In this document: piece by piece, positions 52,521 through 64,000 of the stretch
Position numbering within the stretch: the first letter of the stretch is position 1
How the letters are laid out: every line of letters starts with the position of its first letter
Source of the DNA: Trichoplax adhaerens
Lineage: Eukaryota > Animalia > Placozoa
Length of the DNA: 64,000 nt
Reading direction: 5' to 3'
NCBI RefSeq assembly: GCF_000150275.1
Contig: NW_002060945.1
Coordinates: 2,875,172-2,939,171, forward strand
Notes under the pieces: generated by a model
What the model was told of the DNA's origin: nothing
Database searches by the model: none
What the model saw: only the letters and a program-made list of their open reading frames with translations
Position numbers and translations under genes: made by a program

Positions 52521-54957
52521 CCCTTAAATAAAGGAATTTTTCATACTAGATTTAGATGACTCAATACTATCGCTATTCTCATTAAAAGCAATGATAATTA
52601 TTTAATGCCACCTAAATTCAATAAAAGATCTAAGAGTACCTAATCCTTTTGACTTCGAAAATGATAATCAAGTCCCTATGCTAAATAAATACAGTAAAGC
52701 AGAATAAGGATATTTCCGTGTATCCTTTTATTTACCTTTGCAAAGTCTTCTTTTGGTAAGGTATATGTAATAAAGTCGAGCCAATTAAAGTATAATCCAT
52801 TAATAATATTTATTAGAAATAGCAATCTATTGCTATACTAATTTCAACTACACCAACATATAGAAAGCTGAAAAAATTATATACTCTCCCTTATTTCAGA
52901 CATGATTTGATTGCGATAGGTGTCCTTTCACCATGTATCGTGTTAGATTTATTCGTCAGAAGTATTTATATTTCTAACTAAAAGAGTTGATTTAATTGAC
53001 TCAATTGATAATTTACAAGTTCATATTTAGTTTCTAATAACCTAGCAATACTTTTACTGTACCATAAACTCTTTACTGAAGAGTAAGGAATATATAAATA
53101 GCAAATCATTGGTTAATTATTTTACTTCTACCAGTAGTGAGCTCTAATTGTGTTAAATACAATGCGATAACATCATCCAGTGGCTATCTATCATGCCTTA
53201 CAATATATGTAGACTTCTTATTACAACGCAAAGTATCTTCTTTTGAAATATAATAACAAGACTGCGGCTGCTTTCCCTAGCTATACTAATTTCCTGATAT
53301 AATGTATCTTTACTTTCAATTACAAATCAACGTTAATCTTAGAATTGGCATAATGAATAAACCCTTATTTTCGCGTAAATAATTTCTTAAATAATAATGG
53401 TAGGCCGCAAATTATAACCATCATTACTAATAATATAACCTCAAAAGAATCATAACCTTACTCTGCAAGAAAACGATATACGCGTACTTAATATCATTAC
53501 ATCCTTCTACTTATCTTTAAGAAGAATCAATATCGTTTAGTCATCGTGTCTGCATCAGAAGGATCTTTTTAACGATCATCAATAGATAACATTTGAATAA
53601 TATAAAAGATAAAGAAGCTATAAACATAGTTCAAAAGTAAGTTACGACGATATGAGAGTTGATTAAATTACTTAAATTATTATGCCATATTTCTTAAAAT
53701 TTAAGTAATTTTCACCCTCTGAGTAATATCATTTATTAACTACTGCCGTAACATGTTAGTATGTTAAAATTTGAAAGATTTGCTGCTAATATATCCATAA
53801 TCTGTATATGATCAGTTACACGGACAATGAACCAATACGATAGTTTAATCTATCAATTTTAGCTTTACATGAATATGATAATGTTACTGTTGGCTCAATT
53901 ACCATGCACAAAATGAAGTAAATCGTAGCTTTATATATCACAGGTTCACATATACAATCCAAAGTTTAACGTATTTATTATAATATTCACATGATTATGG
54001 TAATCTTATTGTTGACTAAGTTATCATGTACTGTTTATATTACAAGTAGACTAGAGATTGATTGCATTTGTGTCAGCATGAATTTACCTTAACGATGGTC
54101 CATGAATAATTGCAATACGGTGAGTCTACGAAACCTCATTCTTATATATAGAAATAATAAAATCTGATTTATTATTAACTCAATTAACTGATATTGATCT
54201 TCTAGCTATCTTAAGGTGATTAGCTTCCTTATACAGCAATTTAACCAAAAGATTTTTTATCCATATCACCGTTAAATATTTTTGGACGAGTTGCCATCAT
54301 TATTTCCAATATTATAATGTTCTCTTGCAGTATAGTGTAAAATTGCATCATTATATTAAAAATTACTTTTAGTGGAGTGTTCAGAAATGTAATCATAACA
54401 GTCTTATAGTATCAATAAATATACCCTTACTCTTAGCTACGTAACATTCAAAAAGCAAGGTGAGATCTGTTACGACGTAAAAGTTATTATATATGGTATT
54501 AATCATGTAATAAATTGATGAGAATAACATTCGAATAATAATTATTATAATACAATCTGTCGTAACAACACCAAAGCTTCAGTTAAGATAATACTCGTCG
54601 TCAGCAAAGGTAACATAATCAAGCATTAATGGACAAGACCCACCTGTAAATGATATATTGGTCCGGATTCAATATTCTAATAATTCAAATTCTGCGAAAT
54701 AATGTTATGAAATTTTATAAGAGTACTCGCTAAGCCCTATATACACAATGGCCTGAGAAAATTCTTTGAATATATAAAGCAAAATATTTCATGCAAGAGC
54801 ATAAAGTAACAAAGAAAACAACGACAAGAACTTATCAAACAACTATTGTACCATCTACTCTATATTGTTGGCTAACTATTTCATCTTACTGAATGACCAT
54901 GTAAAGAAGGCTTTTGAGTGTAAAAAAAAAAAGGATAATGAATTCACTAATTATTTA

Positions 54958-57900
54958 GGGTTAAAGTCCATATCTGACTGAATAAGCAGTAACGTTACCG
55001 CTTCTCCAAAATTTGTGATGTTTTAAAATTAATTGCTTCGTAATTCTAAATCTGATATTTCATGTATTGCTTTCAGGAATGAAAATTGCCTTGAACTTAT
55101 TAATCCAGGGTTAAATTCCACACTTACAGAATACGCCACAATATGATGACAATTTTAAATGCCTTTACGTTTAACTTTAATTTCACCATATTTACCGATA
55201 CTTTCTAACTAAAAATTTTACGATTTTAGAGATAGAGTTTCCAAACGATATACTATACGCTTAATTGTGCTAAGCCTAACATTGAATATGTCTAAATGGC
55301 ATTACTAAAGTACAACCATAGCTCCTATCACGAAGTGAATTCCGTTTAACATTTGATCTATATCACGGTGACGTTTTAGAATCGGATGAGTAGTTACCAT
55401 GATGTTTAACTACAGAGAAATGTCGTAATTAATCTAGCGTGACAATGTGAAAGCACGACTTAACGACATATTTACGAGTATATCACTCAAGAAGTGATTC
55501 TAATTGCTAACCCTCTCGTGAACTAAAATTGTCATTGATCATGATTCTTTACAGCAGAATTAAGTTAGCGATTATGTAGCCCGGATGCAGAAAATGCAAA
55601 CAATGTAACAGGATGAGTCTGTAGGTAAATATCTACGTAATTAAAGTCCATCTTTAGCTCTTAATCTTGCCATCAAGCAAAATCTGTTTGATACTTAGTG
55701 ACTGCGATAAACCGTAGTTATAAATTAATCTAGCTATCAGGGAATCTCTATAATGTTATCTAGTGAAATATATAATTTTACTTATATAATGTATTAGGCA
55801 CTTATACTACTAGAGTTCAACTTTCAAATCTAACCTTATTAAACATTAAATCAGCTTAATATTCGTTATACACACAGTAATGGCTAGGTATTGGGTCGTT
55901 CTCTGTAATTATTATAAAATTCGAATATGATAACTAAGGACAAAGGTCCATTATAACATTATCAACAGTAAGATAGAAAAATCGGTATAGCCGAATCGAA
56001 CTCAATTTTATGCTTCCACATATTTCCAATATTAGGTTCTGATACAGAAAATATAGTATAAAATAATCCAGTATGGTGATTCTAAAGTATTAAATATGTA
56101 CAACATGAAAATCAAGTCCTAGTTCCTAATTTTATCAAAAATCAATATTTATGATATCCAACTGTTATTATGACAGAATGAAAGACAAATAATATCACTA
56201 TCATATTTGAATTCACTGATTAGATCAAAGTCCATTTTAACGCTCTCACCATGATTAAAATATGCTGTTATACCTAGATGTGATCACCTTTTTAAAATAG
56301 TAGAATTGTGCTTTCATGCACTTTCAACATCAGGTCTGGGAGATTGAAAACATAATTAATTAATTCGTCTGGTTGATTTTAAAGGTTTAGCAAATATTTG
56401 CATCACTATAATTTTAACGTTGGCTTACAAACTTTGCATAAATCAAAGCCGGTGCTAAATCAAACATTATTGCTGCCTGTGAGAGTTATATATTAACTTT
56501 AGTTATCGCAAGATCTCATTGCAAGAAAGATTAAGCGTATAACTACGAATAAAGGTTAAAGTCCGTTTTAATCTCATCAGTATAACTATGAAACAGCTCA
56601 GCTGGCCAATTTATACCCACCTTTTGGCTGTATGCGTATACTGTCGAAGGCCAAATTTCAAAACTTTAATATTTCAAAGTCCAAAGGTTATAGTCCAGCT
56701 ATTACAAATATGATTACTATCTAGGATTAATCCACTATATTGCTCTATAATTTCATATTAAAACTGACAAATCAATCGAAATTTGTTGGATTTAGAAGAA
56801 TTATTAATACTAGAAAGATAGCAGCTGATTTTAATTCAAGATCAAATTGATTTTATAAATTGAGGAAACAAACTTTCAAGGATGCAGTTAAATATATTGA
56901 AATCAGAAAGTTTAGCTGATCAAATATGATTATCCATGTGTAAGAATAATTAATTAGTGAGCAAATATTAGTCTATATCATATTGAAATTCTGATAAATT
57001 AAGAGGATCAAAGTCCAAATCGAAATCATTGTTTGTCTGGAGTATAATTCTAAAGTTAAAGCTTACTTTCATTTATAGTTCCTACCAAGATACTAATTCG
57101 CCTTTCTGCTTGGGTCCAAAGTCCACGAGAGAATAATGAGCTAAAAGACTGAGATTTCTGTCTCAATTATTCTTATATACTTGTATATCTCGGCCAAAAT
57201 AACATGGAAGTAATCTGTAATCGATATCGTCAAAGCGACAATAACACATTGTTATTTCGTAGCCATTACATAGATTAGTACCCACGTAATAACGGCGTGC
57301 TATGTCGTTCCTTTAATTGGAACCAGATTGACTAGATAGTCATGCAATGACGCATTCATTGAAGGAATTATCTCGACTTTGACATCAAAGTTCAAAGTAC
57401 AAAGTAATCAATTTGAATAGCACAACATTCTTGTAAGATCACCTTGAATGAAAATTATACAATCTACTCCGTCTTTACGTTACGTAATTAAAATATTTCA
57501 ACAACAAATTTATAATTAGAATATTACACAGTTCAATATTTTAGTGTCACGTAGATGATGCGTAACTCATGATCCTATGTTTACAGAACTGTACAGTTAA
57601 ACGGCTAAATCAATCACCTTATTTTACAGATAAATAAATAATCAGGATATGGCACAAATATCTGTTGGAAGACACGATAGATAAAGGTATACAATATAAT
57701 AAATCAGAAATGATGTATTTCTACTGAATTTACAGAGTTGTACTTAAATGGATATCAACACAGTCTTATGGTTTTAATGATATTAGACAACTTAAAATGA
57801 TAAAATATCCACCGCAAAGTTAAAATAAACACGTTACATAGCATAATGAATCAAAATTATATTTTCTTACTCGTATGCCTTCGCAATAAATCAATAAAAG

Positions 57901-59030
57901 CTTTGTGAATATAAATAGTTTTCTACAATACATATTCCTGCTATCAAAACAATAGTGAATCATGATTATATTTTCTGATCAAGTTTCAGTAGTCATCAAA
58001 ACACGTTGCCTCTATAATATGTAGCGAAAGACTTTAATAGATATTTGGTTGGAATTTTAGCCCATCCATCTATATTCATCAAAAATGATCAATAGGAAGT
58101 TCTATAGACATTTAGATCAATTCCGTCCATAGTTTTCAAGTGTCAGTGAAATCAATACCAGCACTGGTTTAATTTTTTCTTAAATTTAATAAATAACAAT
58201 AATACAGTAATTGGAACGTAATTAGCTAATTATAATCAACAATCGTCCGTGAGAAAGTCCAAAGTTTGATATTTGTCGTCATCCCTTCTAACTAGATAAA
58301 AATCGAAATAAAAAGTTATAATTAGACGATGTCCTAACGGTCATTATGGTTGTTGATTATCTGCTGAGATAAGAAGCATAATATTACGAAAAAAGGTAAT
58401 AGACAGGCCATAAAAGATAAAAATGTTTCGGAAACTTTGTACATCATTGGCAAAAACAATTCGTAGATGGCATCTTTTATTGATAATTAATTAATCACAT
58501 AGTCGGTGAATGTCGTTAAAATGAATCTATCTTTGAAATACTTATAATTTATTCCGGCAGCACGTCCAAACTGATTGATAAAACTATATCATATTATGTC
58601 ATTGTACTGTGGTTCCTAAAAATCAACAATCGAATATCATAATAACTTAATTTAAAATTTAGCATTTCACATTTATCAAATCAAGTAAAATAAAGCAGAG
58701 CTTTACTTTATTCTGTTTTGCATAAGGTGTGTGCTAATAATTGCCCTTTATTGCTAAACCAATGTTGATGAAAGAAATCATTGGAACTATGCTACCTTTA
58801 TCTATATCCAATTGGTTTCAAAGAACTTTTGTTAATTGTAAATTAAATTTTATTTCACGTAAAGTTGAAATATTATTGTATTATGTAGTACAAAATCATT
58901 ATTTACGTTCGATTAATTCCTTAAAATTACACGTGAAAATTAAATAACAATTTGATTTACTTTTGAATATTAATTTTGAAAGATAATAAAACAACTACTG
59001 TTAGCTCACTTGAACTTTGTACTTTGTGTT
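54958..59030. promoter_or_regulatory. Homotypic cluster of HNF4-type nuclear-receptor DR1 sites between ASC genes 3 and 4
   Basis: GGGTTAAAGTCCA 54958, GGGTTAAATTCCA 55108, TTAAAGTCCA 55641, AGGACAAAGGTCCA 55937, AGATCAAAGTCCA 56222, AGGTTAAAGTCCG 56553, ATTTCAAAGTCCAAAGGTTATAGTCCA 56671, GGATCAAAGTCCA 57005, GGTCCAAAGTCCA 57113, CAAAGTTCAAAGTACAAAGT 57386, AGTCCAAAGTTTG 58256, TGAACTTTGTACTTTG 59011. Confidence 0.65.
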
Positions 59031-61229
59031 ACAACGGTAATAAGATTCAGTTGTTCGTATATTCAAAATATTCACATATTATATAACAATCGATAGCTCT
59101 ACTTTTTGACTACTGATTAGTATTGCTTTAAAAAATAATTTATAACCAACACAGTATCGCTTCTCAGTAATTACCTTTAAATATCAAATACCGTAATCAA
59201 TTATAATATCGCATATGAAATAGTTAAAATTTAACAATATATTCCAGTATTATTTCTACAATTATCTGTTAAGATAATCGAAACTATGTCTATCATGCAG
59301 TCTATTGGAGGAACACTACTATTACATATCACAATTAATAATGAAAATGATTTCATTTCATCACTTAAGTGAGGAATATCCCAGGAGATGTGTCGAATCG
59401 CGCGCACGAGACAAAATACTGTACATAAAACCTCGAATCAAGCTCATTTTGACTGGGAATAGCTACATTACGTCTACAATTTTTTATCGTCGCTCTTTCT
59501 TTATGGCTTATTAGGTGCCAAAAGTGTAAAAATACTATCTATATAAATTGTAATTAGCTTTTAGTACAAGTTTAGGACATGGCTACAGCTACTTTAATTT
59601 CTATTTGAAGATGCGAGCTATCTTTATCTCCAATAATATCATTTTAAATATTTCTACATCAGATCAAATCTATGGTATGTTGCTTACTAATATAAAATTT
59701 TATTTCCGAAAGCTGCTTGGTTAACTAAAAGAGTGATCAAGTTTCATTCGTAGGTTAATTAGTCAATGCCATCATATTAGGATGAGTTATACGATCTAAT
59801 TGTCATTATATAGTATTTTGCTGATGTATTTAAAAGTGGACTATAATTCAATAAAAGATGTAGTAATAGTGCTAAGAATGGATTCTATTAGTTAATAACA
59901 AAAAACCATAGTGTTTTAGTACAAATTCCATCGAGGCATTATGTTAATTAAGAAATAGAGAGCATGCTTACTATTTTTGTACGTTTGTACAATTATGCCT
60001 ACCTAGTCCCAAGTGCTAGTTAAGAATAAATTGAATAAACAGCCACTTACTATTTCACAATATTATGCCTTATGGGAGAACATATAAATAGCCAAAAGAT
60101 ATTTACTTGGCAAACGAAGGAAAGAGCTGATATAATATCGTATCTAATATGATCGATATTATCCGTAACTATATCATAGCAGTCGCGGAATGATAGTCCA
60201 CATCGATAAAAAATAAAATTATCTTTGTACCGTTATTTAATGCCAGTTAAACAGCCCATACTACACCTCCAGCCTAGAATATATCGAGATAGAATCTAGA
60301 CTAGCCTATTTTTAGCTTAGATAATTTAATTTTAAACCGACGACATTCATTTATTCATCAATGTCAATCATGCCTGATGTTCCAAAGTATTTCATGTTTT
60401 ACGTACTCCTACTTCACTTGTTAACCTATAGAAATATATAGTACTGTATATCCAATAAAATGCTCCCATAGACGGCTAACCTAAATTGTTAAATCCATCG
60501 CATGATTTTGATGCGTGCCAGTGGAAGTTAGCTAATTTGCGAAATGAATGAATGCTTCAACTATCTGATCACTGATGTATTCTGCTGGGAAATCAGTACG
60601 GTATTAAATCCACTATTGGTCAGATCCTTTCGTTTAGAAATCATTGATTTATTCCTAGACTCATCAACTATTCGTCTTGTAGTTTCGATTCTACTTTACA
60701 CCAGTCCGCAGTAAAAATCTTATCTGAAATCAAAACATCAAATCAATCAAAGTGTTGTGTTGTCTTAATACTATTTATTCATCATAATAAATGATAAAAA
60801 AGAATTCAAAAGTACGGCCATTTGATGACTCAAAAAATTGTTTAGATAAACAAATGAAATTATACACGAGCTTATCTAGCTAGCGATAACTGCAGCAATA
60901 GATATAATAGCATTAACCATATGTTACATAATTCTAATAAAAGAATTTCAAATCTCTACTAATTAAGATTAAAAATACTAAAATTATAATAAGCAGTAAA
61001 TCTAAAAGCAATGAAGTTCAAATTCTAGAATATGACAAATTAATTAGATTATTAAAAGTCAATGACCAGTTTCAAAGAGTTATTATTTTTACTTTCTGTT
61101 AACTTCATACTATTTAAATCGTAATAGCAAGAAATATTAGGTAATGGTCAATATTTAATTTAATCTTGTTATCTTAAATGACATTCAAAATCTAGTCAAA
61201 TCATATTCGACCGTATTTATAATAGAAAC

Positions 61230-61733
61230 TTAATTAGTGGCAGTATCGTCGGCTAGTAAATCCTTCAAGTGATGGATATAATCGATAGCCATACGTAGTG
61301 TCTGAGCTTTCGATAATTTTCTTCGTTTGCCGATCACAGGCACATGCTTTCTGAGTCGAGCAAACCCATCATTCACTCGCTCAACTCGTTTCCTTTCTCT
61401 TTCGTTTCTTCGTAAAGTTTTTACAATTTTCGCAGGATTTTCGTATAGTCCACTTACAGAATGTTCCTCGACGCAGTAATAGTTGCCATTTGTACAAATT
61501 CCTGGACTTGATGCGCCAGAACTGCAATAAGGATCACCCATAGCAGAACTTGAGCGGCTCGTACTTTCACTAAATTCCTCGACATCTTGGATATCTGAGT
61601 GGTAATAGCCATAACAGTTTTCGTTACTCTTCAGCGGCTGTTGATATGATAACGGAAACGATGGCATTACATGGGTTTGAACATGGAAGGCCGCACCTGA
61701 TTGATAATAATCGCTGCCGGTATGCGCCATCAT
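61230..61733 (-). CDS. Achaete-scute family bHLH transcription factor (divergent), about 167 aa
   Basis: TLRRNERERKRVERVNDGFARLRKHVPVIGKRRKLSKAQTLRMAIDYIHHLKDLL. First ATG at 61733 (the ORF track starts at TTG 61751); TATTTAAG TATA variant at 61869-61862. Confidence 0.95.
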   Translation of the reverse strand: MMAHTGSDYYQSGAAFHVQTHVMPSFPLSYQQPLKSNENCYGYYHSDIQDVEEFSESTSRSSSAMGDPYCSSGASSPGICTNGNYYCVEEHSVSGLYENPAKIVKTLRRNERERKRVERVNDGFARLRKHVPVIGKRRKLSKAQTLRMAIDYIHHLKDLLADDTATN

Positions 61734-62126
61734 GTAGAGTTGGATAGGCAAATGAAAATTAAATGAAAATTGGATTGAGAAATATGATCAATAATATCAA
61801 ACTTGATAAGCACAGTTTGATCTGACAACTATCTGCAAATTCATCAGTAGTTAATGATCGCCTTAAATACTATCGGATATCGTCCATGTGCTAGCTTAAT
61901 CATAAAGGATATGTGACAAATAGCATGCAATTGTTATTTACAAACACTGATTGTCCGCAATTTTACTGTCTATGTGGCAGGTTGATATTTGACGTAATTA
62001 AATTAGACAAATACTTGTTCCGTTAAATAGAAACAATTCTCATCGTTTTGTTAATATTCCCATACTTTCACAGTCTTATTGTCAGTATAAGACAAAATAT
62101 GCCTATTTTCCTTAATAGAATGAAAT

Positions 62127-62187
62127 TGGACTTTGATAGCAAATACAAAATTTGAACTTTGTTATCAGTTATTTTGGACTTTGATCA
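62127..62187 (-). promoter_or_regulatory. Three HNF4-type sites in the proximal upstream region of ASC gene 4
   Basis: TGGACTTTG 62127, TGAACTTTG 62153 and TGGACTTTG 62175, i.e. CAAAGTCCA / CAAAGTTCA on the gene's sense strand, about 400-450 bp upstream of the ATG. Confidence 0.6.
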
Positions 62188-64000
62188 CTTAGATTCAAAG
62201 GAAGTACAAGACATGTTGCTCTCCTTGAATTTAGTGAATGGTAGCGCGGTAAAATTTTCAAGAAGTTGTAGTAAATTAATCAATGAATGATCTGTAATTG
62301 AAGTAGAAATAATTATGCTGCAGTTACTGTCTACAATTTATCTTGTCCATAGGACAGAAATGGTTCGCTATTACCGGCATTAATTACATCTTTTCAAGTC
62401 ATAATGGATATTACTATCATATAGTTAAAATAATTTAACGACAAAAGACAAACCACGTATAATACATGCATTTATTAGTGTAAATCTTTTACAAAGATAT
62501 GTAGCGCTATAGTAAAATTCTTTACTAGTAGGTTGAAAACTTACACGTGGATGTCGGAAAATTTTATAGCCTTTACATTATAAGCAATGCAACTTGTCGG
62601 CTTTTACTATTATATATATAAAGCTATTAAATATATTAGCAAGTATGCTCTAATGTGTCTCCATGTCAATAAAAGTATTATATTTTTAGCGAAGTAGATT
62701 TCAGGTAGTATTTATGGCGCGAATTATCGCGAAATCTGTAAAATGTAGAATTTCCAAAGCCATCATTGCATGTTATTAGTGTAATTACATCAATACGAGT
62801 AAGGGTGTGTAATCCGACTTGAATCTTGTAATTGCTAGCAAAAAAATTCCATATTACGGTACATCTTTTAACAAAAGTGCGGATTAAGTCTTACACTACA
62901 TAGATTGGTATCGTGTGCAAAATAAAATTATCATTTCCTTTAGTAAAGTCAGCTCAGCGATGAGAAATATCAATGAAGAGGATTCATCCTAGCAATTTAT
63001 AATAAGGCTGCTGTCCCCTTTAATCCTTCAATGAAGGAAATCATTCACATAGCCATGAATCTATGAAGATCTACAAGCCATACATTGGAGTCGGTAGTAG
63101 AAAACTAAATGTTCAACGCTAACGAAGAAAGGTGTGCCCGGTAGTCCTTAAATTAATTCTACCATATCAGCTATTTGCCTTTGAATCGTTAAACTACAAT
63201 TTTATTACTTGACAAAGTAGTCTTCAATGTTGTTTTATCATTCACTGGAAATATACAGCTACGTTATAGTCATAGTAAAAATTTCTGGAATGTTCTTTAA
63301 TTACTGTTTCACTTATTCATTATACATCTAGAATTTCAATATACAGTAACCAGTTAGTTTACAGAGTTTCTATCAATCATTTCATAATGAACCCAGTGTC
63401 TTGAAATATCCTTACGTATACAGTATAGTAGCCCTTCATCTAAATGATCTAATCGATCAGTTAATTTTTTCCATAATTTTATAACGCTCACTGATAATAC
63501 CACATATTACAAGCAGAAAATCCTGCTTTTGCCTAAGGATGATTCTAAATGTTTACCTAGTAATACTCTAATAAATTAGAGCTTGCTGTACAGTGTACAA
63601 TGGCAGATACTGCTTGAAAAGCAAGTGCTTGTAGCCGCTCATGAGACGGGGTTTTACTGTTTGTACAGTATTCTTAAATCGATACAAAATAATGTTATTA
63701 TAATTGCATATTAAGCTCTATCTTACCTTTTCCTGATATCATAGCCTTATCTAAGCATCACCAAAGTTTTATTGGCAAACAAACTAAATCTAAAGCACAG
63801 TTACACTGTGATGCTGTATTACACATTACTGTACTACAGTATGTAATCCAGAATACTGTAAGTTATTTCTTGCTGATAATAATAATTAATCATTACTGTA
63901 TAATCTTATCAATTTAGATAAAAGTATGTGATAAATACCCTATGTTACTATCTGGTAGTGCAAGTATTCCTATAGAAGTTCCTGGGTTAATGTATGTTCT

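Noticed and set aside
6881-59514. Remaining 60-100-aa ORFs in the track
   Set aside because: I/L/F/K/N/Y-biased composition typical of random AT-rich frames, many with non-ATG starts, and no domains recognised.
5981-61051. Many TAAT/ATTA homeodomain-type palindromes
   Set aside because: Expected at high frequency in DNA of about 70% AT.

Overview
AT-rich (roughly 30% GC by eye), intron-containing animal genomic DNA. The composition and short introns are compatible with a compact early-branching metazoan such as a placozoan, but that assignment is inference. The window has five intact genes. One is a 5-exon TMEM9 homologue (3347-5743, +) that the ORF track misses. The other four are achaete-scute-family bHLH genes with intronless CDSs, spread over about 46 kb in -,+,+,- orientation. 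The first is clearly ASCb (ASCL3/4/5) type and neighbours TMEM9, mirroring the human TMEM9-ASCL5 and TMEM9B-ASCL3 pairs. The long intergenic spacers hold five solo LTRs with TG...CA ends and 5-bp target-site duplications (TSDs), two of them nested in related host repeats. They also hold a dense homotypic cluster of HNF4-type DR1 sites (CAAAGTCCA) around the fourth ASC gene, several candidate enhancer/promoter islands, and decayed GPCR/LRR remnants. Most other ORF-track entries look spurious.
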